From Chitinophagaceae bacterium (GTDB lineage: Bacteria; Bacteroidota; Bacteroidia; Chitinophagales; Chitinophagaceae), in assembly GCA_965246935.1 (NCBI GenBank), contig CBDFGC010000006.1, positions 293,961 through 357,960 of the forward strand: a stretch of 64,000 nt of DNA, read 5' to 3'. A program made the position numbers and the translations under genes. How positions within the stretch are numbered: position 1 is the first letter of the stretch; every line of letters begins with the position of its first letter. The notes under the pieces are model-generated. The model was not told the origin of the DNA, searched no databases, and saw nothing but the letters and a program-made list of their open reading frames with translations. Positions 38,725 through 48,195 of this stretch are shown here, in pieces.

Positions 38725-41700
38725 ATGCCCTACGAATACTCCGAAGACAAACTGGTTGAGCAAACTGCTATGGATTTGTTCTTCCACCGGCTGGGCTGGG
38801 ATAGAAATTATGCTTTCAATAAAGAAACCTTTGGCGAAGGCAGTTCACTGGGCCGGCATAGCAAATCGGAGGTGGTACTGAAGCCCGTTTTTATGGAACG
38901 GCTACAGGCTTTCAATCCCGGCCTGCCGCAAAAAGCTTACGACGAAGCCTGGGCAAAACTGACAGAAGAAAGCGCCGTAAAATCAGGGGATGAAATCAAT
39001 TTTGAAAAATACCAGTTACTCAGAGACGGCATTCCAGTTGACTTCATTAACCAAAAAGGGGAACCTGTAAAAAATAAAATACTGCGGGTGTTCGATTTTG
39101 AGCAGCCCGACAACAACAAGTTTGTAGCCGTTCAGCAACTATGGATACAAGGGCGGAGCAACCGGGAGCGGCGGCCTGATATTATTGGTTTTGTGAATGG
39201 GATTCCCCTGCTGTTTATTGAACTGAAAGCCGCCCATCGCAAACTGGAAAATGCCTACAACGAAAATTTTTCCGATTATAAAGATGTAATTCCATCGCTT
39301 TTTTATTACAACGCATTTGTGATCCTGAGCAATGGCATCGAAAGCCGCATTGGCAGCGTTACCGGCAGGTACCAGCACTTCCACGAATGGAAACGTATTA
39401 CCGAGGAAGACAACGGCATTGTAGCGTTGGACCGCATCATTGTAGGCGTTTGCGAAAAGCACCGCTTTTTAGACCTGTTCGAAAATTTTATCCTGTTCGA
39501 TACTTCGCTGGGGAAAGTAATGAAACTCATTGCCCGCAACCACCAGTTTATCGGTGTCAATAAAGCCATCGAAAATATCCGGCAAAAAAAGGATATGTAT
39601 GCACATGGCAGCATCAGCCGGGAGGAAAAGCAGCGCCTGGGTGTATTCTGGCACACGCAGGGCAGCGGCAAGAGTTACTCCATGGTTTTCTTTTGCCAGA
39701 AAATTCACCGCACATTTAAGGGCAGCCATACCTTTTTTAATTGTTACCGACCGCAACGAACTGGATACGCAGATATATGGTACATTCAGCGGTGTTGGTG
39801 CCGTGCCGCAGATAAAAGCCGGTGCCAAGGAATCACTAAAAGCGGGCAGCGGCAAGCATTTAAAAGAGTTACTCAGTTCGGAGCATCGCTACCTGTTTAC
39901 CCTCATTCATAAGTTCAACTTTGCAGAAGAGATTACGAGGCGGGATAATATCATTGTTATTTCCGACGAAGCCCACCGCACCCAGGGCGGCAGCCTGGCC
40001 ATGAATCTGCGAAACGCTTTGCCCAATGCTTCCTTCATCGGCTTTACAGGTACGCCATTGTTTAAAGACGACGAATTAACGAGACGCATTTTCGGGGATT
40101 ACGTAAGCCGGTACGATTTCAAACGCAGTGTGGATGATGGTGCTACCGTACCGCTGTATTACGAAAACAGGGGCGAATATTTAGGATTAAAGAATCCGGC
40201 TATCAATCAACAGATACGGGCCATCATTGATGCTGAAACAGAAGACCTGGATAGTGACCAGCGCAGCAGCATCGAAAAATTGTTTGCCAGAGAATACCCT
40301 ATTCTTACCTCCCGAAAGCGACTTGATACTATTGCCAAAGATGTGGTATGGCATTTTTGCAACCGGGGGTATAAAGGCAAAGCCATGTTTGTGGCGCTGG
40401 ATAAACTAACAGCCGTTAAAATGTACGACGGGATTATCCAACACTGGAATAATTACATAGCCCAAACAGAAAAAGAAATAGCCAAAGGCAAATATGGCGA
40501 CCAGGAACTACTGGCAAAAAGCCGGGAACTGGTATGGATAAAAGCAACGGAAATATGTGTGGTAGTAAGCAGCGAGCAAAATGAAATACAGAAGTTCCGC
40601 AAATGGGATCTGGACATTGAGCCACACCGGGAAAAGATGAACACCCAAGATTTGGAAACCCGGTTTAAAGATGAAGCTGATCCCTTCCGGCTGGTAATTG
40701 TTTGTGCCATGTGGATCACCGGTTTTGATGTGCCTACGCTTTCTACCTTATACCTTGATAAGCCGCTGAAATCCCACACGCTGATGCAGGCCATTGCAAG
40801 GGCCAACCGCATCAGCGAAGGCAAAAATAACGGGCTGATTGTGGACTATATTGAAACCTATACTGCCCTGCTGGATGCACTGGCCATTTACGGTTCCAAC
40901 GGGGAGGACGGTGATGGTACAACGCCTGAACTACCGGTAAAGCCGAAGGAAGAACTGATCCGGCAACTGGAAGAAGCGATTACGGCAACAGAACATTTTT
41001 TACAGGATGAAGTAAGTTTCAATCTAACGGAACTGGTAAATGCCACTGCACTGCAAAAGCTGGCTGCACTGGAAAAAGGCATCAATGCCATATATACCAA
41101 CGACGAAACCAAACGTAAGTTTCAAATATTGGGAAGAGCAGTTTTTAAGAAATACAAAGCCCTGCAGCCGGATAAAGTGCTAAACCAATACGCTCCCTAA
41201 GAAGAATGCAATCGATGTAATCTACACCGCAATTGAAGGCAATATCGAGAGTGCTGATGTATCGGAGATCATGAAAAAGATTCAGACAGTTGTGGATGAA
41301 TCTATTGAAACGATGGCATCCGAGCAACCATCACAGGATGAGGGCAAAATCATTGACCTGAGCGGATTGAATTTTGAGTTGCTTGAAAAGTACTTCTCAA
41401 AGCTGCAACACAAAAACATAGCCGTTCAGTCGCTGAAGGATATGGTGGAAAAAAGATTGAAAAAGATGCTTGAACGCAACCCACTGACTATTGATTATTA
41501 CAAGCGTTACCAGGAAATTATTGATGCCTATAATCTTGGTAAAGATGAAGCGGTGATTAAGGAAACTTTCCGCAAACTGATAGAACTGATAAATGATTAT
41601 TCAGCCGAAGAAGCAGATACAAAAAGAGAAGGTCTGACGGATGAGCAAAAAGCGATATTCGATATTTTACGGCATGGCAAAGAACTGGCAGAAAAAGAAA

Positions 41701-41951
41701 AGAATGCCATCAAAGAAATTGCTATCGATTTGTTGGCAGCGTTGAAAAAAGAGAAACTAAAAGTGGAGCAATGGTCTGATAAATCGGCTACAGCGGCGGC
41801 CGTTTTTAAAACAGTAAACGACACCTTGTTTGAAGCATTGCCCTATCCTACTTACCATACTAATGATATTGACCTGAAAACAAACCTGGTGTACAACCAT
41901 CTGAAAAAGCAATACTATGGTGGCGGGCAAAGTATTTATGGCTCGTATTGA
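38725..41951 (+). pseudogene. hsdR: Type I restriction enzyme R subunit HsdR, disrupted by two single-base homopolymer frameshifts (near 39733-39738 and 41195-41197)
   Basis: HsdR_N nuclease domain (IIGFVNGIPLLFIELK), helicase motif I GSGKSYSMVFF, motif Ia-II FLIVTDRNELD / VISDEAHRTQ in +1 frame, C-terminal DUF3387-like KKNAIDVIY...VVDESIE in third frame; three ORFs 38725-39912, 39530-41200, 41271-41951 jointly ~1075 aa. Confidence 0.8.
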
Positions 41952-42017
41952 GCTACATCGTTATATATCTTTATCCTGCCGTTACCGGTTGTCTGACATT
42001 CACTTAAAAATATAAGT

Positions 42018-42296
42018 ATGGACTATCCGAATTCAAAATCATCACAGCCCTTGATTGCTCATGATGAATTGCAATTTGCGTTCATGTTGATTGAGCGGGG
42101 GATTGATGCGTCGGAAGCGCATAGCCGCAACCGTTCAATACTTTGGGACAAAGGATTGCCATTTTACACAATCCTGATTGATAAAAAAAACATCAGCCAT
42201 AAGGAATATTCTAATGGTACCCGGCAACTTGTTAGCCGCCATATAAATGAAGATGGCAGTATTACTGATGAATTAATTGAAGAGCTTACCAGCTAA
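42018..42296 (+). CDS. Hypothetical protein
   Basis: 92-aa ORF, AT-rich. Confidence 0.3.
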   Translation: MDYPNSKSSQPLIAHDELQFAFMLIERGIDASEAHSRNRSILWDKGLPFYTILIDKKNISHKEYSNGTRQLVSRHINEDGSITDELIEELTS

Positions 42297-42397
42297 AAAA
42301 ATCTGTTTGCAACCACGCTTTATTCTCATCACCGCACTACAAGTAAGCGCCGGACTCTGTCCGGTGCTGGCAGGTTACTTATTTTCCATCCTGACGA

Positions 42398-42667
42398 ATG
42401 CTCAAATTAAGTAACGTGTGGACACAGGACAGAGTCCTGCGCCTATTAAGTGAAGAGACAGTACCCGAAAACTTTACCATCATCATTCCGGATGATGACC
42501 GGAAAGGCTGGCGGAAATTAGTACAAGACGCAGCGGTTAGAAAGGAACATATCATTTTAGAAAGCCCCTGGAACAGTGAAACTAGTACAGAGATAATTTA
42601 TTCCCGTAAACGGGAAGGTTATAACTTAATCATGTACCAGCTATATTTAAACAGCCCGGATGAGTAA
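42398..42667 (+). CDS. Hypothetical protein
   Basis: 89-aa ORF. Confidence 0.3.
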   Translation: MLKLSNVWTQDRVLRLLSEETVPENFTIIIPDDDRKGWRKLVQDAAVRKEHIILESPWNSETSTEIIYSRKREGYNLIMYQLYLNSPDE

Positions 42668-42816
42668 TGAAAAAGAGTTTTACAACGGAATGACATTATT
42701 GAAAGGCAATTAGATAAAGACATGGTAAAAAATAATTTCAATATCAATTTATTCGACGACAGTTGCTCCAAACCTCCCTTTAGGGCAATGTCCTTAATTT
42801 AAGAATTGTAGTAGCT

Positions 42817-43408
42817 ATGCGCCGTAGGTGCAACCTGTTTGTAGCAAACAGACATCATTGACGTTGGTGGCTGCCACGTAGTGGCTACCTGATCAGAGAA
42901 GGGGGTAGCCACTACGTGGCAATGATTCCCTTTTTCGTTTTGTTTTCTACAAACAGAAAGCCCCGATGGGGCTTATCTTAATGACATTGGCTTAAAGGGG
43001 GCTAACGGTTCACCTTCACATTTGATGCCTACTCCAGGATTTACGCATTTGTCTATTGTTTTGGTGGCACAAATCAAGTTCCCCCTTTAGAGTCTGTCCC
43101 GGACCCCAGCCGGTTGGTTAGGGGCAACCAACCCCGGATAAAAACATCCTGTAACTGAAGAAGTTAGACAACTTTACTTAGTAAAGTGGTCAAAATAACT
43201 TGTACAATAGAAGCGTGATATTACCCCAGCCTTAGCAAACAAAGAGGCAAAGGGAATCATTGCCACGTAGTGGCTACCCCTTCTCTGATCAGGTAGCCAC
43301 TACGTGGCATGCACCAACATCAATGATTTCTGTCTTCTACAAACAGGTTGCACCTACGGCGCATAACTGATACATTAATCCTTATCTTAATGACATTGCC
43401 CTAAAGGG
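42817..43408. repeat. Composite REP-containing inverted-repeat structure: ~120-bp arms (42817-42960 vs 43243-43364) each containing a REP inverted pair, flanking a ~280-bp centre with further hairpins; flanked by ~40-bp direct repeats at 42711-42750 and 43570-43609
   Basis: Reverse complement of 42817-42960 matches 43245-43364 almost base-for-base; cttatcttaatgacattgSc.taaagggg direct copies at 42971-43000 and 43381-43408; module ccccctttagagtctgtcccggacccc shared with MITE at 13106. Confidence 0.7.
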
Positions 43409-43531
43409 GAACTCGTTTTTACCTGAAAAATTAGTGGCAACTATGAGTATTTTGAAGTTCCTATGACAGTTTGAAAGTGTCCAAAAGCCCCCTTTAGGAG
43501 GGTTTGGGGGCAACCAGGTCAGATTGATGAA

Positions 43532-43843
43532 ATGTTCAGGTTATTTCGACAGCTTTACTTAGATAAAGACATGGTAAAAAATAATATTAATTTCAATTTC
43601 AGAAACATGTTTCAACATTTCTATTATTTTGATTTTGCTTACTTCATCAACAATTCAACAGACGAAAAAGGATTGAAAGTTGCATTTGCCAAAGGCACAC
43701 TCATTTATCTGAAAAGGAATGATGATCAGTTCTTACATGCATTTAAAGACATCGCTTTTAGTCGTGGATACATGAATATAGTAGCCGAACAAATCATAAG
43801 TGCAAATCAAGATTCGAGCACCCATTATTCAACTGGCCGATAA
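43532..43843 (+). CDS. Hypothetical protein; N-terminal coding region duplicated at 42722-42800
   Basis: 103-aa ORF; MVKNNINFNF.. start duplicated upstream as truncated copy. Confidence 0.3.
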   Translation: MFRLFRQLYLDKDMVKNNINFNFRNMFQHFYYFDFAYFINNSTDEKGLKVAFAKGTLIYLKRNDDQFLHAFKDIAFSRGYMNIVAEQIISANQDSSTHYSTGR

Positions 43844-43892
43844 TTTAGTTAATCCTTCCTATAATTTGATAATAACTAATTATACCTGAGCA

Positions 43893-45770
43893 CTACCCCA
43901 CAGCCTTACCTCCATCTGAACCTTTTTTACTAACACTTTCCTTACTAATAACGCCCTCATTTTCCTTTTTCAAATTCTTAAACAGTTCATTGCCCATCAG
44001 CGCTGATAGCATGCCGCCTTCATTTTCGCCGGCGCCATTTACCAGTATCTCCGGTACAATCTTTACTTTGTTCTCCGCCAGGTAACGAACAATCTGCACC
44101 TGTGCGTATTCCTTCATACCCATCGCTTCCGTTTTCTTCCGGGTTACTTCTGCTTCGGCATTACCTACCGCTAATATTTTTCCGGCATCTGCCTGGCCGG
44201 TTACGCTGGTCACTTCCGCATCGGCTTTTGCATTAATGGTTTTCGATTCGCTATCGCCTTTTGCTTCTTCAATTTTTGCAGCAGCGAGGTTCTTTTTTAT
44301 TTCTACCTGCTGATGGCTTGTTACCACTTCCGGCTGCATATTGGCCAGCGCTTTGGCACTCTCAAACTGTTTACGGGTATCCTGTGCCAGCTTCTGCGTA
44401 TCGTAGGTAATGGTTTCCTGCTCGGCCAGTTTACGGTCGGTCAGTGTTTTCATCAATTCGGCAGGCGGGGTAATGTCGCCTATTAAAGTATCCACCGCTT
44501 TTACGTTGTATTCATCCAGTGTTTTTTTGATATGTTCTTTGGCTTCGTTTTGCCGGGTAGTACGGTTCTTTAAAAAATCGATCACATCACTTTTTTGGGC
44601 GGAGTTACGGAAGTAATTTCCAATGGTGGGTTCCAGCACCTGCGATACCAGGTTGGTCATGGTGCCAAACCGGGCAATCACTTTCGGCGCATCAACGCTG
44701 GGCACATGGATGATCTGTGACACGTCTAAATTAAACGTAAACCCGTCGGATGACCGTACAGTAATGGTGCTCAGGTTTTTATCCAGTTGGTGGGCTTCAC
44801 TACGCTGGTTGGCCCAGTTAAGCACCAGGTTGGTGGTAGGAACAATTTCAATGGTATGTGTATAGGTGTTAATGGCATACTTACCCGGATCCAGTGCTAC
44901 GTTCCAAACACCCCGTTGCCCCTTTTTTACAATATTGCCATGCTCAAATTCAATGCCGCTGGTATCCTGCCCAATGGCGCCCACAAAGGAGTTCACCACG
45001 CCTACGTAGCCGATAGGTATATGCAGCATATCCACCTGGTCTACCGAAGCAAACCACGGGTTCAGGTAGTAGGAACCTGCCAGGATTACATCTTCCTGCC
45101 GTCCTTTCTGACCGCCGCCAGAAAGAAACTTTACCGGGTCCTGGTAGTTTTTATGGTCGGCAACCGATTTTCCGGCAATTTCATCATGGTCCAGTGGCTC
45201 ACCGTCATGCGTGGTAATGATGCCCACTTTGTTTTCGGAAACATGCGTTACCGGTTTTAATTCCACTTCAAATAAAAAGGTATTGATACGGTAACTACCC
45301 GGCGTTAGGTAAGCAGCCTGCGGGCCTTTTTGTCCCCGGTTGATCAAAAACTTTTCAGCATCCTGAAATTTATCGCACTCTACCGGCAAAGCAAGGATAC
45401 GGCCGGGGTTCAGCGGTTCGCCATCGTTGGCTTTCATCAAACCCAGGTTGCCTTCCGGTACCACGGTGAAAGGCTGCATTTTAATGGAATACTGCCACGG
45501 CCAATATCCCCAATACAGCCCCGGCGCCAGTGTTTGTGCCTGCATACCTGCCTCGCCGTTGGTAGCCAAAATCCGGTTGTTCTTCATTTCCCGGTTGCTG
45601 CCAACCAGCACAAAGTTTTTGATGACCAGGCCAATCCGGTCATCCGGCACAATTACCATCCCAAAGAAAAAGCGGAGTATTAATTTATAGAGTAAAATAG
45701 CAAGAAGTACCGGTATAATCCACCAGTATTGCAAAAGGGTTGGGTTCATAATGTATAAAATGCGTTGCAA
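43893..45770 (-). CDS. Flotillin-like SPFH/band-7 family protein (YqiK/FloA-like)
   Basis: N-terminal TM, SPFH domain, long C-terminal Ala/Glu/Lys-rich coiled-coil (EAKGDSESKTINAKADAEV...), 625 aa. Confidence 0.7.
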   Translation of the reverse strand: MQRILYIMNPTLLQYWWIIPVLLAILLYKLILRFFFGMVIVPDDRIGLVIKNFVLVGSNREMKNNRILATNGEAGMQAQTLAPGLYWGYWPWQYSIKMQPFTVVPEGNLGLMKANDGEPLNPGRILALPVECDKFQDAEKFLINRGQKGPQAAYLTPGSYRINTFLFEVELKPVTHVSENKVGIITTHDGEPLDHDEIAGKSVADHKNYQDPVKFLSGGGQKGRQEDVILAGSYYLNPWFASVDQVDMLHIPIGYVGVVNSFVGAIGQDTSGIEFEHGNIVKKGQRGVWNVALDPGKYAINTYTHTIEIVPTTNLVLNWANQRSEAHQLDKNLSTITVRSSDGFTFNLDVSQIIHVPSVDAPKVIARFGTMTNLVSQVLEPTIGNYFRNSAQKSDVIDFLKNRTTRQNEAKEHIKKTLDEYNVKAVDTLIGDITPPAELMKTLTDRKLAEQETITYDTQKLAQDTRKQFESAKALANMQPEVVTSHQQVEIKKNLAAAKIEEAKGDSESKTINAKADAEVTSVTGQADAGKILAVGNAEAEVTRKKTEAMGMKEYAQVQIVRYLAENKVKIVPEILVNGAGENEGGMLSALMGNELFKNLKKENEGVISKESVSKKGSDGGKAVG

Positions 45771-46152
45771 TTAAGTGCAGGCAATTGATTCGCAAGGTAT
45801 TATAGTTTTTATACTTGTTTATAAATGAAAGAGTATTTCAATTTCTATAGTGGATATTTCATGAACTACATTGAGAAATTATTTACATGCTCATAGTGGC
45901 TCGTGAAGACATGAACCACTGCATTAAAAAGAAGTAATCTTTTATCTTCAACCAATTATCAATCAGTTTTTTACTAAACTGTAATCAGGTATGAAGGCAA
46001 AGGAAATGTTTGTTTGACCAGAAATCCCGGACGTCCGGGATCTTAATGATAAGAAAATAAAACCAATCCTATCCCATTGCCTATCCCGGAATTACCGGAT
46101 TTGCCATCTTATATTTACCTGACGTTCCGGCGAAAAGGGAGCTATTTAAAAT

Positions 46153-47895
46153 GTGAAGGCCATGCTCACTTTAAAAAATTTTGACCAGCAGATTACCGGT
46201 GCTATCCTGCAGCGGGGAAGGCAATACTTCAATGATGGAAGCGTAACCTATATTGAAGAAACAGGCGATGATACCTGGACGGCGGAGGTAGAAGGCTCCG
46301 ACACGTACGAGGTAGAAGTAACGCTGAAAAAAGACAATGAAATAAAGGATTACGATTGCAGTTGCCCTTACGACGGTGGTATTTGCAAACACCTGATAGC
46401 CGTGTTTTTTACCCTGCGGGAAAAGCTGGCAGCCGAAGGCAACAGGCAAAAAGAAAAAGCCGCTAAAAAAGATGTTTTCGGGCGCCTGCTGGCTGCTGTT
46501 ACAGCAGAGGAATACCGGCAGTTTGTGCAACGATATGCTGCCAAAAACCGGCAGTTCAAAACGGATTTTGAGCTTTACTTTTCCGATAAGGACAACCAGA
46601 TAGACGTAGAGGCTAAATATAAAAGCCTGGTCGATAAACTGGTTCGCATGTATACGGATCATGGCTATGTAGGTTACGGGGCGGCCTCCGGATTGGCAAG
46701 GGAGGTGAATAAACTACTTGACACCGGCACTGACCATATTTCCAAAAACAAATTCAGGGATGCATTTGCACTGGCAAAAACTGTAATGCGGCAGCTTATT
46801 GATATCATCGGGGATGCCGACGATTCGAATGGGGAAATCGGCGATGCCATAGATAGTTCCATTGATTTGCTGGATGAGATTGCCGATGCGGGCAACGCTA
46901 CCTCCGACATGAAAGGGCAGGTTTTTGCTTTTATAGAAAGAGAACTCGCCGACAAGAGTTATAATGATTACGGGGATTTTGGAGACCGTTTACTCGATGT
47001 ATTTCAGGCATTGGCTATTACATTACAAAAGGAAGAGGTCTATCTCCGTTTTATGGACCGGGGCACAGGTGGTGATGATTACCTCAGGGAGCCGTACCAA
47101 AAAAGAAAAATTGCTTTTTTACGGAAGACCGGTAAAAAGGCGGAAGCCGAAAAACTGGTACAACAAAATATGGACATTGTAGAAATCCGGGAGGCAGAAG
47201 TAGAGAAAGCTATCAGAAAAAAGGATTTTACCGCTGCAAAAAAACTGATTGGTGAAGGCATCCGCATCGCAGAAAAAAAGAAGCACCCGGGTACGGTGGA
47301 TGGCTGGAAAAAGGAACTGCTTCGGATAGCTGAACTACAAAAAGATACACCGGCCATCCGTGAATATGCAAGGTACTTTGCTTTAGATAAGGGGTTTTCT
47401 CCAGAACACTTTCGCAAATGGAAAAAGACATTTCCTGCTTCGGAGTGGCCAACTGTTATAGAAGATTATGTATCCGGTACTACCCGGAAAATTAAAAAGG
47501 AAAGCAGTAGTAAGAACCCGAACTGGTGGTCAGCACAATCGCTGCCGGATACGCTTGCCCCTTTGTACATTGAAGAAAAATATTGGGATCGGCTGCTGGT
47601 ACTGGTACAGCAGGAAAACAAACTCAATATAACGCTGCGGTATCATCCCTACCTGGTTCAATATTATCCTGATGAATTGCTGGCGCTTTATCTTCCGTTA
47701 CTGGAAACTTATGGGTTAAAAACAAGCACCCGGAGCGAATATGCCGACCTGGTAAGTAAGATGAAAATGGTTGTAAAGGGTATTCCAAAAGGAAAGGAAG
47801 CCGTATTGTCCTTAGCCCGGCGGCTGAGGGATCGGTTTTCCTTACAGCCCCGCCGCCCCGCCATGATAGAAGAACTGAACAAGATTTTGAAATAG
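46153..47895 (+). CDS. SWIM zinc-finger domain protein
   Basis: CSCPYDGGICKHLIAVFF = CxCx(n)CxH SWIM motif; 580 aa. Confidence 0.6.
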   Translation: MKAMLTLKNFDQQITGAILQRGRQYFNDGSVTYIEETGDDTWTAEVEGSDTYEVEVTLKKDNEIKDYDCSCPYDGGICKHLIAVFFTLREKLAAEGNRQKEKAAKKDVFGRLLAAVTAEEYRQFVQRYAAKNRQFKTDFELYFSDKDNQIDVEAKYKSLVDKLVRMYTDHGYVGYGAASGLAREVNKLLDTGTDHISKNKFRDAFALAKTVMRQLIDIIGDADDSNGEIGDAIDSSIDLLDEIADAGNATSDMKGQVFAFIERELADKSYNDYGDFGDRLLDVFQALAITLQKEEVYLRFMDRGTGGDDYLREPYQKRKIAFLRKTGKKAEAEKLVQQNMDIVEIREAEVEKAIRKKDFTAAKKLIGEGIRIAEKKKHPGTVDGWKKELLRIAELQKDTPAIREYARYFALDKGFSPEHFRKWKKTFPASEWPTVIEDYVSGTTRKIKKESSSKNPNWWSAQSLPDTLAPLYIEEKYWDRLLVLVQQENKLNITLRYHPYLVQYYPDELLALYLPLLETYGLKTSTRSEYADLVSKMKMVVKGIPKGKEAVLSLARRLRDRFSLQPRRPAMIEELNKILK

Positions 47896-47906
47896 CATTA
47901 AGGTAA

Positions 47907-48142
47907 GTGAAGTTGTCAAAATAAGTTCAGCAAACAGCCTTTATGCTCCATCGGAGCATTTGGTGAGTAGAAGATGATTAGGCGGCTCGTATTAGCGTTC
48001 CATCGGAACGCATGGTGCGGATGGTAGCACCAAACGTTCCGATGGAACGTTGAAAGCTTTTAGGTTGAATTGCTGCTACCCACCAAATCTTCCTACGGGA
48101 GAAACATCACTTGAATTGCTGAACTTATTTTGACAACTTCAC
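47907..48142. mobile_element. MITE-like 236-bp element with perfect 27-bp terminal inverted repeats and internal palindromes
   Basis: gtgaagttgtcaaaataagttcagcaa (47907-47933) / ttgctgaacttattttgacaacttcac (48116-48142); inner palindromes gcgttccatcggaacgc and acgttccgatggaacgt; TIR tip resembles ISAzo13-like IS TIR (aaataagttSaRcaaa). Confidence 0.6.
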
Positions 48143-48144
48143 TA

Positions 48145-48190
48145 AAGGACGGCATCGCTTCAGGCGATGCCGTCCTTACAATTATTTTTT
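48145..48190. terminator. Bidirectional rho-independent terminator between convergent SWIM gene and gltD
   Basis: aaggacggcatcgc(ttcag)gcgatgccgtcctt followed by attatttttt. Confidence 0.75.
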
Positions 48191-48195
48191 AATAC

